DNA of 64,000 nucleotides from NCBI GenBank assembly GCA_025594325.1, contig JANHCV010000011.1, positions 1,302,001 through 1,366,000 on the forward strand. Reading direction: 5' to 3'. Made by a program: the position numbers and the translations under genes. The notes under the pieces are model-generated. The model was not told the DNA's origin. It did no database searches and was given only the letters and a program-made list of their open reading frames with translations. Below, piece by piece: positions 1-10,854 of the stretch (position 1 is the first letter of the stretch; each line of letters begins with the position of its first letter). Origin of the DNA: Blastocladiella emersonii ATCC 22665 (Eukaryota; Fungi; Blastocladiomycota).

Positions 1-297
1 CGCCGCGCCGCGCGAGCGGCCCATGTACTCGCCGTTCTGTGGAGATCGAGGGAGAATGAGTGAGTGGGTGTCGCGAACGGGCGTCGGTGAACATCGACGT
101 ACCTTGCCGGTGCGCAGCACATACGAGTCGTCGGCGGGGTTCACGGGCTTGACGACGAACTCCTCAGCGGGGATCGGTAGCGGGATGTCGCGGGCACTGC
201 CCGAGGCAGCGGCGTGGGCCGGATCGGCCGAGCCAGCGAGGAGCGCGAGGGCGGCGGTAGCCACGAAGGCGAGCGAGAGGGCGGGTGGAGCGACCAT
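1..297 (-). CDS. Secreted protein, 5' part only (runs off window start); paralog of the gene at 25835-27772
   Basis: Exon 1 (297-103) reads MVAPPALSLAFVATAALALLAGS...DIPLPIPAEEFVVKPVNPADDSYVLRTGK. A GT-AG intron at 102-37 is followed by NGEYMGRSRAAR. Signal peptide, intron position and flanking peptides match the 25.8-27.8 kb gene. Confidence 0.8.
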   Translation of the reverse strand, partial: MVAPPALSLAFVATAALALLAGSADPAHAAASGSARDIPLPIPAEEFVVKPVNPADDSYVLRTGKVRRCSPTPVRDTHSLILPRSPQNGEYMGRSRGAA

Positions 298-1002
298 GGT
301 CTATGCGGGCGATCTACGAGCGGTCGAGGCCAGCTCTCTACTGCTGGTTGCTAAGGAGCAAGAGTCGAGGTCGCGGGGGGGTCCGCCGCCCTTTTATCAC
401 GCCCGGTCGTCCTCACTTTCAGGCCGCGTACTTGCCGACTGCGGCGCCTCCGTGCGCTTGATGCTCATCATGCAAGTCCGCACGGCGGCGTTTGCACGCG
501 CAGGTGAGGCGGAAGGTGTTTCAGGCGCGACTCCGGCGCCACGAGGCAAACTAATTTCTGCTCCGCTGCGCCCTACGTGTCCGCGGGGCCGCGTTACAGA
601 TCCATTGATACAGGGTTTATTTCCTGGTCATCGCCGGTGTATGGGGCGAGGACGGCTTGGCGTACAAGCGCGCTGGGGTCGGATCGGGTCCCTGAGCAGG
701 CACTCGCAAGACTGCGCGCGTGTAAATTCTGTGCTGCGACGTGGAAGTGGAAGTACGGAAGCGGTTATCTTTGCGCATCGCGGCTTCCGATTCTCGCGGC
801 GAGTTGGCGGGCGTGATCGGAACTGATCTGGTGCCGGGTCGCGTCGAACATGTCCGCGTGACCATTGCGTTCCGCGATTGGTCGCTTGCGCCTCCGCCTT
901 CGCCTCACGACACTCAAACAGCAGCAGCAGCAGGTACGTCAAATACAGAAACGGGAGGGATATATTCAACCGCGACACGACTCATCGCCGACCCGGCGCG
1001 CC

Positions 1003-2950
1003 TCACAGCCGCTGGAACTTGAGCTGCACCTTGGCCGGGTGGAGGAGCACGCCCGACGACGACGTGGGCGTGCCCTTGACGGCGTTCTCGTCGCCGACGA
1101 CCGACCACGAGTAGCGCGACAGCATCATGCTGAGGATGACGCGCTGCTCGATGAGCGAGAACTGCTGGCCGAGGCACAGGCGCTGGCCGCCGCCGAACGG
1201 GACCCACGAGAAGCCGTGCGCGGACGGCATCATCGGGATCGTGCCTGACGCGTCGACCTTGCCGGCCTCTTTCTCGACCGTCGACGCGGACCGGTTCATG
1301 GACGCCGACAAGCCGCCGGCGGCGGCGACCGACTCGGGCGGCGTGTAGCTGGCCCAGCGCTCGGGGACGAACTTGTCGGCGTCGGCGCCCCAGTACTTTT
1401 GGTTGCGGTGGACGCCGAAGATGTCGACGTGGATCGGCGTGTCCTTGGGGATCGCGGTGGTGCCGAGGTTGACGGGTTTCGCGGCGCGGCGCAGCGGGAG
1501 ACCCGTCACGGACGGGTACAGGCGCAGGGACTCCTTGATGATGAAGGTCAGGTAGTCCATGCCCGCCTGCTCCTGCGTCGTCGGGTACGGGAACTCGGCG
1601 GCCGGCGTCGCCGGGTCCATGGTGCCCATGATCTTGGCCACCTCGGCGCGCGCCTTGGCCTGGACCTCAGGGTGCAGGCCGAGGTAGTACAGGACCGTCG
1701 TGAGCGCGGCCGTCGTGGTATCGTGGCCCTAGACGCGACGTGACGCGACGCACGTGTGAGACATCAGCGCGAGATCGAGACGAGCGAGCATGCTAAGCGT
1801 ACCGCGACAAAGAAGATGACGACGTTGGACCGGAGATCCTGGCGCGTGAAGGTGGCGTCGTTGACCGAAACCTCGAGCATACGCTCGAGCAGGTCCATCT
1901 CCTTCTCGTCCTTGGTCTCGCCGCGGGCGAGGCGCTCGCGGACGTCGCGCTCCTTGGCGTCGATCACCGAGTAGATGAACTCGTCGAACTTGTCGATGCG
2001 GCGGTGCAGGTCGCGGACGCGCGGGAGCAGGCGGGTGCGCTGCAGGACGGGCAGCAGCGTGAACAGGGGCCACTGCAGGTCGTGCATCAGGCCGTTGTAC
2101 AGGTCGACGATCTCGGCGTGCGGGTTGGTCAGCGAGTTGAGGCATCGGCCGAACGCCGCCAGTGACAGCACGTCGAGCGTCGCGCGCTGCATCCAGTCGA
2201 ACGGGTCCGCGGCCTGACCGACCACCTTGTCCAGCTCGGCCAGCAGCACCCGGCCCGTGTCGCCCATGATGGTCGTCGACCAGCTCCGGTGGAACGCCGG
2301 GTTGGTCACCTTGCGGTGCAGCTTCCAGATCTACAGGCGGGCGGACTTATGATCGGTCGGCTGTTCCGGCGTGGCGACGCGCGCGACGAGGCACGCGGTG
2401 AGACGTACCGGTCCATTGGACAACACGACGTTGATGCCGAGGTACTTTGCGTTGAGGTCCATGCCGACCTCGCCGGGGAGGAACTTGGGGAACGACTCGG
2501 TGGTGAGGAACACGGACCGGATGTACTCGGGCTTGCCGACGACGGCGCCCCAGGTGCCGAAGCTACGCGAGATCGCTGCCGCGTTAGCCTCTCGCCACTC
2601 ACATCGATCGAGCGCAGTCTCACGTACAGCCAGATAAGGTACATGTCGCGCCACGCGTCCTTGTCGAGCCCGTTTGCGACGCACCACTTGGACGCGGCCT
2701 CGCCCTGGACGGCGGCCTCGGCAATGTACCCGCCGGGCGTGAAGAGGGCGCGCATCGAGTCCCAGATCGGCACGCGCGGGAGGTGCGCGAGCTCGGGCGG
2801 CACGATCGTCGACTTGTACAGGCGGAACGCGAGGTACGGGACGACGAGCGCGAGCGCCGTGGCCACGACGGTCGCGACGCTCAGGTCGCCCGCGTACTGG
2901 GCGACCAGGTCGAGGAAGCCGATGGAGGGGGGCGGTGGTGCAGCTGTCAT
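1003..2950 (-). CDS. Cytochrome P450 (multi-exon)
   Basis: N-terminal TM anchor, I-helix FFVAGHDTT across an intron, ESLR (ExxR), PERW and heme motif PFGGGQRLCLG. Several ~60-nt GT-AG introns join the ORF-track fragments. Confidence 0.95.
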
Positions 2951-3530
2951 GATGGCATGTACGGCGGGGGTGCGCCCGTTGCTAACGAAAGAGCACCGGC
3001 GTCGTGTGGGCGAGCGGGCCTCTTGAAGGCCCGCGCCTTGCGGCCACGAAGGCCGAGCTGTCCGAGTACTAGAAGTGTGAACGACAGGGTGTTCTCTTTG
3101 AACGAGGCTCGGCGGCAGGGGCCGACCAGGAGGCGGTCAAAGGGCGGCGCAGCGCACAAAGGGCGATCCGACGCGTCGCGCCGTGCGCTCCGGCCCCGCC
3201 GCGGCGTGAAAATAACACTCGCTTCCCATGTGCTCCATGTCGGCGGTCGTGATGCATACCGAGGAGAGGAGAAGGGACGACGAAGACGCGCCGCGCCCGC
3301 CAAGCGTTGTTCGCGGCGCGGTCACGCCGTGGCGCTCGACACGGGTTCCCAAGCTTTGACGTTCTGCGGACACGCTGGTCCATGCTCCGCCGCCCGCAAC
3401 GAAAACGAATGCATTCCCCGCCCACGAGGCCTCCGACTCGCTGCAGTTGCTCGCCCGCGCCGGCGCCACCACTGTCCCCTGCCGCCCGACCCCACGCCGC
3501 CCTGCCACCGCCACCACCCTCGCCGTCGCC

Positions 3531-4793
3531 ATGGTGCTCGACCTCGACGCGTGCATCGACCGCCTCATGAAGCGGCAGCTGCTGGCCGAGATCGTCGTGC
3601 GCGACGTGTGCGAGAAGCTCAAGGAGGTGCTCCTGACCGAGTCCAACATCAAGCACATCTCGACGCCCGTCACCGTCGTGGGCGACGTGCACGGGTGCGT
3701 TGCCGCTGTGGTGTGCGTGGTGCCGGAGTACCGCGCTGATGCTCACAGCACCACCGGCGCCGAATAGGCAGTTCTACGACGTGCTCGAGATCTTCCGCAT
3801 CGGCGGCAAGTGCCCCGACACCAACTACCTGTTCCTCGGTCCGTGCCGTCGCTCTCGTCCCGCTCGCCGCACCTGCGCTGACATCTCGTACCCGGAACTC
3901 TAGGCGACTACGTCGACCGCGGGTACTACAGCGTCGAGACCATCTCGCTTCTCGCGTGCCTGAAGCTGCGGTACCCGGACCGGATCACGCTGCTGCGCGG
4001 CAACCACGAGAGCCGCGCCGTGACGCAGACCTACGGCTTCTACACCGAGTGCATGCGCAAGTACGGCTCGGCCGAGCCGTGGCGCTATTTCACCGACATG
4101 TTCGACTACCTCACGCTCAGCGTCGTCATTGACAATGTCATCTTTTGCGTCCACGGAGGTATGGTCCCGCGTGTGCGCTGTGCGGTGCGTGAGAGGATCC
4201 AGGCTTACATCAGCGACTTGTAGGACTATCGCCCTCGATCCACACGCTCGACCAGATCCGCGTTATCGATCGCTTCAAGGGTACGGTCTCTCATCCTCCT
4301 GTCCTCGCCCTCCGAGCGCTAATGCCCAGCCCGCCGAACAGAAATCCCGCACGACGGGCCCATGGCCGACCTGGTCTGGTCGGATCCGGACAAGGACGTG
4401 GAGAGCTTCGGCATCTCGCCGCGCGGCGCCGGGTACACGTTCGGCGTCAACGTGGTGGAAAAGTTTCTCTACCTCAACGACTGCCGCCACATCCTGCGCG
4501 CGCACCAGCTGTGCATGGAGGGGTACCAGGTCCTGTTCGACGACCTCGTCACCACCGTGTGGTCGGCGCCCAACGTACGTCGATCTTGCGCTCATCACGC
4601 GAGTCCACGAAATACTAACCCGCGCCCTGACGTCTAGTACTGCTACCGGTGCGGCAACCTGGCCGCGATCCTCGAGATCTCGCCCGCCATCGACCGCTTC
4701 TTCAACGTGTTCAGCGCCGCCCCCGACACGGAGCGCGAGAGTCCGGCCCGTGGGGACAATGACGCGAACAATACACTCGAGTACTTCCTCTGA
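3531..4793 (+). CDS. PPG1: PP2A-related Ser/Thr phosphatase catalytic subunit, Ppg1 type
   Basis: Spliced product contains [52 protein letters not shown] and C-terminal YFL*. N-terminus [30 protein letters not shown] resembles fungal Ppg1. Five GT-AG introns were traced. Confidence 0.85.
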
Positions 4794-5043
4794 CATACAC
4801 TGGCAGCTGACCGCGCTCCTTGAGCCGAGGCCGCGGATCGCCGCCGCCCCGCGTGTCTCCCGCGGCGAGGGCGGACCAGACAACGACGTCAGACGCGTAC
4901 AAGGGCAGAATGTCTCCCATCGCCGACCTTGGAGTCGGCATGCTCCTGCCCCCGCCTCGGCGTTTGAACTCTTCCCCTCCCCCGATCAGGGTACCGGAGA
5001 CTCGAACGCTACTTCCCCATCACACGCATCATCGCGCGGCACC

Positions 5044-6213
5044 ATGGCGGCCGCGAACCCGACGCTGCTAATGAACCGGCTCGCGGGCCTGGTGACGAGC
5101 GGGCCGAGTATCTTCTTCGCGCTGAGCGCCATGAACGGCGTGGTCCAGCGTTTCCAGCGGCGGCCACTCCAATTCGCGATCGTAGCGTGCGCGGCGGCCA
5201 GCATCGTGACGGACGTGATCATCCTGGTCGCCGTGTGGTCGTGGGTCGTCACCCCCTCCCTGGGCGCATGGACGCCGCTGATCCTTGCCATCAACACGCT
5301 GAAGCGCGCGCACAGCGCGATCACGGCGTACCTGACGTACGTGCGGATGGCGGTGCTGGTGCAGCCGCTGACGCGGGGCGCGCGGCGGCTGGCGCCGCTG
5401 TTCACGTTCGCGTTCGCCGGGTTCGGCGCCGCGGCCATCGCGTGCCAGTTCTACGCGTACGCCGTGTGCGACTGGAACGCGGGCCAAGCGCGTCTCGAGC
5501 CCGCGTTTCTCATCGGGTACCGCGTCTTCAACCTCGTGTGCGTGCTGCTGTACACGGTGCCAGCGATCGCGACGGACACGTACTTCTTCGCGGAGGCCAA
5601 GAATTCGCCTACGATGAATCGGAGGTTTCAGAACGTCAAACCGTTCTTCAACCCGTCACTTTTCTTCTCCGTCGAGCTCGTCATGCTGTTCGTCGTCGGC
5701 GTCCCGCTCGTCTGGGCCATGGCCACGGGGAACCAGGACCTGACGGCCAGCACCTACACCGAGCAGCTGCTCCTGTCCACGATCCTCTTAAACTCCACCA
5801 TGTCGCTCAAAGCTGCCGTCACGCTCCCGAACGAGTCCTCGGCGTACGAGACGAGCGAGCCAACATCGGCCGCCGCCGCGGCGAACGGCAGCAGCAGCGG
5901 TGGCGGGTCGCGGTCGCGGTCCCGCAAGAAGGCCGGCGGCGCGTCGCCGTTCCGATCTCCGTTCGGCGGCATGGGCGGCGGGGGAAAGCGCGCCAACTCG
6001 TGGATGCAGTCGGCGACGATCCCGCCGCCGCTCAAGTCGTTCATGGTGTCGACGATCGAGGGGTCCGTGCTCGACGCCGACAAGGTGGCGGTGCCGGCCA
6101 AGGACGAGGCCGCTGCCGACGCACGGCAGCCGTGGGCGTCGGCGGTGCCCGAGGAAGAAGAGGGTGACGCAGGCGTGCCTGGAGAATCCTCTGTTGCGCT
6201 CGGACGAGGGTAG
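5044..6213 (+). CDS. Intronless polytopic membrane protein (~389 aa, about 7 hydrophobic segments, Ser/Ala-rich tail); orphan GPCR-like
   Basis: ATG in accATGg context at 5044, strong GC3 codon bias, ~7 hydrophobic stretches followed by a polar C-terminal tail. Confidence 0.7.
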   Translation: MAAANPTLLMNRLAGLVTSGPSIFFALSAMNGVVQRFQRRPLQFAIVACAAASIVTDVIILVAVWSWVVTPSLGAWTPLILAINTLKRAHSAITAYLTYVRMAVLVQPLTRGARRLAPLFTFAFAGFGAAAIACQFYAYAVCDWNAGQARLEPAFLIGYRVFNLVCVLLYTVPAIATDTYFFAEAKNSPTMNRRFQNVKPFFNPSLFFSVELVMLFVVGVPLVWAMATGNQDLTASTYTEQLLLSTILLNSTMSLKAAVTLPNESSAYETSEPTSAAAAANGSSSGGGSRSRSRKKAGGASPFRSPFGGMGGGGKRANSWMQSATIPPPLKSFMVSTIEGSVLDADKVAVPAKDEAAADARQPWASAVPEEEEGDAGVPGESSVALGRG

Positions 6214-6318
6214 TGGAGAAGAAGAAACGGAATCACATCATCACATCAAAAGGGAGAGGGTGCGAGGGAGGAGGAGAGGGTAGCAAACGGATAAGTGAGA
6301 CAGCCGCGCACGCGTGTG

Positions 6319-7340
6319 TCACCGGTCGTCGGCCGCGGCGACGAGGTGCCCGTTCCCGTTCCCATTGGCGTGCGCCGCTGACGCGGGCCAGTTGCCGAGG
6401 CCGTAGAGGCACCCGAGGAACTTTGCGTCGTCGACGGCGTCCTCGAAGAAGACGTGGCGCAGCTTGAAGAAGGTGCGGCAGGTGAGCAGGGCGTCGGACC
6501 CGGCCTGGTGCTGGACGCCGATGCGGTCAATGTGCAGCTCGTCGGCCACCTCCTGCAGGCCGCCCTTGAGCGGGTGGCACGCGCGCAGCAGGTACTTGAT
6601 GTCGTAGATGCCCGGGAAGTAGGTGCGCAGCAGGCGGAAGAAATCGGGCTCCTCGGCCGGCAGCGGCTTGCAGGTCAGGATCTTGAGCAGGTAGCCAAAG
6701 TCGTAGCCGCTTTACGACAAAGTGGGTGTGAGCGGCGGGGATCGGATGGGAGTGAGACGGAGCGAGCGGTACCTGTGAAAGGAGACCCACTTGACGTCGT
6801 CGACGAGGACGAGGCCGCTGGAGATGAGCAGCTCACCAAAGTGCAGCACGTCGATGCCGCGCTCCTCGTGCTTGTGGAAGTCGAGGCCGGCGTTGGCGAG
6901 CAGGTCGATCGAGTCCTGCGCGTACATGTCCCCACTTCGCGATGACGGGGCGCGAGCGGTCAGCGACACAGCGGCGGGACGGACAGCAGCACCGGTGGTA
7001 GCGCGTACGTCAGGCTGAACTTGAAGTTGAACTGGAAGGTGCAGACGTCGGGCGGCACGTTGCCGCGCTCGTCGGCAAAGGTGATGCCGAGCTGGATGAT
7101 CTTGAGCAGGTCGACGTTGCACCGCAGCGTCTGGTAGTGGTAGTCGGTCGAGGTCTTGAACGAGCCTATTGGGCGGGCCACGATGCCGGGGAACTCGGTG
7201 TCCATGGCCAGGTACGGGTACCGGTCGACCATGTCGCGCAGCAGCGCCATCTCCTGGTCGAGGTTGTCGGCCCACACCTCGCGCATCCCGTAGCTCGGCG
7301 GCGGCTGCGGCGGCTGTTGTGGTGGTGGCGGTGCGGCCAT
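6319..7340 (-). CDS. CAF1: CCR4-NOT deadenylase subunit Caf1/Pop2 (CNOT7/8)
   Basis: [46 protein letters not shown] and [10 protein letters not shown] motifs across two introns. Confidence 0.97.
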
Positions 7341-7849
7341 GGTTTCGCTGTTCGCTCTCTCTCGGTTGCGCGGGGATGCAGTGTGGTGTCGATGCGTGGG
7401 GTGCCGAGTGCGGCGAGTCGTCGGTCCGTGTGCTTCGTGGGGTCTACGCGGTGATGCCGGCGTCCATTGCGGGCTAGGCTGTCGCCGTCGTCGCGAGGAG
7501 GGGAAGCGGAAGCTCGCGGCGAGCGAACCGACACGGACGCGGCGGCCGAGTGGCGCATCACCTGAGCCGGGCGTGACCCGCGGGCGCAGCCGACGCGTCA
7601 CGGCGACGCGTCTCGCACCGCCGCGAGACACGCGCGCGCGTTGGTCACTCGCCGTGGACTTGTTGGTTCCACGTTTTCAGCCCGCGAAAACACACGCGTC
7701 GACGCTTGACAGAGAACGGGCGGGCGGGCGGCCGCCGCACCGCGCGTGCGAGCGAGGGGCGGAATGGAGCCGCCGTTCGGGGGTCAAGGCCGCCGCGCGT
7801 ACCGCCTCCCCGCTCCTTCCCCTCACATCTCTTGACACAAACGACTATC

Positions 7850-9673
7850 ATGCACATCCTCTACGACGACGACGGCGCCAAGTGCGTCGCCCTGACCCGC
7901 CCCTTCCCTCTCCGCTGCCGCTTACGCGGAGCCACCCCCTAGGGACCGTACCGGCGACGACAGCCGTCGGTCGCTCCACGAGCCCGCCGTCGCCAACTCG
8001 CTCGACACGGCGACCATCACCGACCTGTCGCCGCCCACCACCACCGCGTCCGCGCTCGCCGACCACGCGCGGCTGTCGGCACAACCGCTGCACCCGCCCA
8101 AGTTCCGCCACATTCTGATTCTGTCGGGCGCGCCCGATGCGTCGGTCGTCGACGAGACGCTGCTCATGACGCACGAGTGCGACCGCGACGAGACCCTCGT
8201 CAACATCATGGCCACGCTGGCCGAGTACCAGCGCGCCCAGGGGTTCGGCGCCGCGGTCGAGGGCGACGGGCTCGTCACGCTCGAGCGCGTCGTGCTCCCG
8301 CGCTGGCCGCAGGTCCTCGAGCGCGTCACGGCGCTCGCCCGCCGGCTGCGGGAGACGGCGCCGACGCGCGGTGGCGAGGGTGACGGCGAGGTGCTCGACC
8401 TGCTCGTGTTCAACCTGTGCGACGGGTCCGAGATCGACGGGTACCCCGGCGCCTCGGTCACGCGCGACCTCGAGCGTGACGGGTTCATCTTCACCGGGTC
8501 CATGTATGGTGCGTAGCCTATGCTCGGCTTCGCGTCGCGGTGCCTCGGACTGATATGCGCACGCGCGATAGACTTCTACCACATCACCACCCCCAAGACG
8601 CTACTCAAGCGGTACCTGCAGAACGACATGGTGCCGACCTCGGACTTCGTCGAGCTGTCCAAGGACACGGTCGAGGCCGACGTTGACCGCGCCATCGCGC
8701 GCCTCGGTACTTCTGTTCTCGCTCACCCGCGTTGCCACCGCTCCACTAACCCCGCACTCACCACTAGGCTTCCCGCTCATCATCAAGCCGTCCATCAGCT
8801 ACGCCTCGCTCGGGATCACGTCCGCGTCCGTGACGTGGGACCGCCCCGCGGCCATCGCGCAGGCGCGCACGATCCTCGACGAGTACTCCGTCGCCGGGTG
8901 CTTTGTCGAGCGGTTCCTGGCGGGCCGCGAGTTCACGGCCGTCGTCACGGGCCACGGCGACCACCTGCACGTCTACCCGGTCGCCGAGCGCGCCTTCAAC
9001 CCGCGCATCAAGCAGAACGAGCGCCTCATTGCCTTCGACAAGTACTGGGACGGGTACTCGCTCAACGGCGACCGGCCCGCCGCCGACCGGCCCTACTTCT
9101 TCAAGTACCAGCTCGCGCCCACCGAGTGGCAGGAGCGGCTCATGGATGTCGCGCGCGATGCGTATCGGGGTACGGCTCGTCGGTTTTTGTGGGACGGTGG
9201 GGCGGAGCTGACCTCACACCGCGCGGCGTGTAGCGTGCCAAGGGTCCGGCTACGGCCGCGTCGACATGCGCACCGCGTCCGTCGACCAGTGCGACGTGCA
9301 GGTCCTCGAGGTGAACGCCAACTGCGGGTTCAGTTTCGACGACACGTCGTCGCTCGGCGAGGTACTCTCGTACACTCCTCGCTCGCCACCACACATCCCA
9401 CTAACCACGAACACCCCACGCCGTACCGCACAGATCCTCCGCCTATCGCAGGTCCCTGGCATCACGTTCCTCAAGGAGCTCATGTGCCAGTCGGTCGCGC
9501 GCTGGCGCACGCCCGACGTCGCTGTCAGCAGCAGCAGCCAGCGACCCACCCGCATCGCCACCAAGGTCGAGAAGCCGTTGCCGCCGCGTGCGGCCACGCC
9601 CGTCGGCGAAGCAGCAGAGGACGTCGGTGACGAGCAGCAGGTCCCGCCACTCGCCGTCGGCGCGGCCGAGTAG
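7850..9673 (+). CDS. ATP-grasp enzyme, D-alanine--D-alanine ligase-like (6 exons)
   Basis: Spliced product has VFNLCDG...GYPG, FTGS, GFPLIIKP, FVERFLAGREF, GSGYGRVDMR and LEVNANCG. Five canonical introns restore a continuous frame. Confidence 0.85.
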
Positions 9674-10029
9674 CACGCGCGGGCGGGATCACGGATCCCA
9701 TCATGAACGACCACTTGCGGTGCATGTGCGAGCGCGACGAGCGGGTGGGCGGTGGGGCCCCCGCTGCCAGTCAAATTATAAACCACGACTTTTTGCTGCC
9801 CATGTTTCGCACGATCCTCTACCAGACCTCGGCGCGTGGACAGCACGCGGAATCGGAGCGGGCGCTGGGTGGCCATGTCAACTTCGCGCGCGAGCGAGTC
9901 AGGCTGCTGTTGTTGCGCAACGACGTGCTCATCCCGCGTGCGCGGCGAGTCCAGGTGTTGTGGTCGCCGCGGAGCCCCAGCGTGACCTCGTGGAACTCGG
10001 GCGAAAAGTCGTCCAAGAGAATCCGCATA

Positions 10030-10614
10030 TCATCGCGTGCTCGAGGGGTGAGGAAATCCTTGCCGCACTCGGTAGAATGAGATTGCCGCCTCATGCCAAG
10101 CGCCGCTGCGAGCCCGAGGAAGAAATGTTCGGAGCAACTTGCCCGTAATCCTCGGCGCGCGGCGAGTCGCGATCCGCGCCGCGTCCGACTCGCCGAACAG
10201 CCGGATCGGGTGCCCGCGCGCGCGCAGCCGGCGGACCACTTCGTCGGCGGGGATCTCGGGCACGGCGGATGCGTCGGCGTCGTTGGCAGCGGCAGGGAGT
10301 GCGGGCGTGGACCTGCCGCCGCCGCGGGGGCGCGTCGGGGACGGGGTCCGCTTCGACGACCCGACGGCCGGCGAGGAGGGCGACGACGATGCGGCGGCTG
10401 TTGCTGCTGCGGCAGCGGCGGCGGCGGCGGCAGCGGCCTCCTGTGCAGCGAGCCGCTCGAGCTCGCCGCGGCTGAGGTACTTTTTGCGCTTGGGCGCCGG
10501 CGCCGACGACGCATCCGCGGCGGGCGGAGCGCCGGCCGCTTCTTCGAGCGCGCGCTTCCTCTTCCCCACGTCGTGCTGCTTCACCTGGCTCACAATCGAT
10601 GTCTGAAAGTCCAT
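10030..10614 (-). pseudogene. 5'-truncated duplicate of PRP18 (first ~148 codons) fused to unrelated sequence
   Basis: Reverse complement of 10168-10614 aligns with 29941-30387 with ~14 substitutions by eye. The upstream region (to ~10725) also aligns more loosely. Similarity ends abruptly after ...GESDAARIA. Confidence 0.85.
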
Positions 10615-10854
10615 GGGCGTCGATGGCGTTGCAGGGCGCGGTGGTGTGAGGGGACCGGGAGAGCGAGCACCTCCAGCTGCTCAGCCGACCGACCGACATG
10701 CATGCGACCACCCGCAGCTCGCTCTCCCTTCGACGCGTCGGGAAATCATGTGAGAGTCGGGCGGCCGACGCGAGACAGTTTCAGTAGCCGAGCTCCGGTC
10801 TGAACCGCTCGCTCCTCTCTGCTCTCCCTCGATCCTTCTCTAAATTAGTGACCC

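Noticed and set aside
1003-9673. Possible biosynthetic gene cluster (P450, 7TM, ATP-grasp)
   Set aside because: Interrupted by PPG1 and CAF1. No transporter, tailoring set or pathway-specific regulator is evident.
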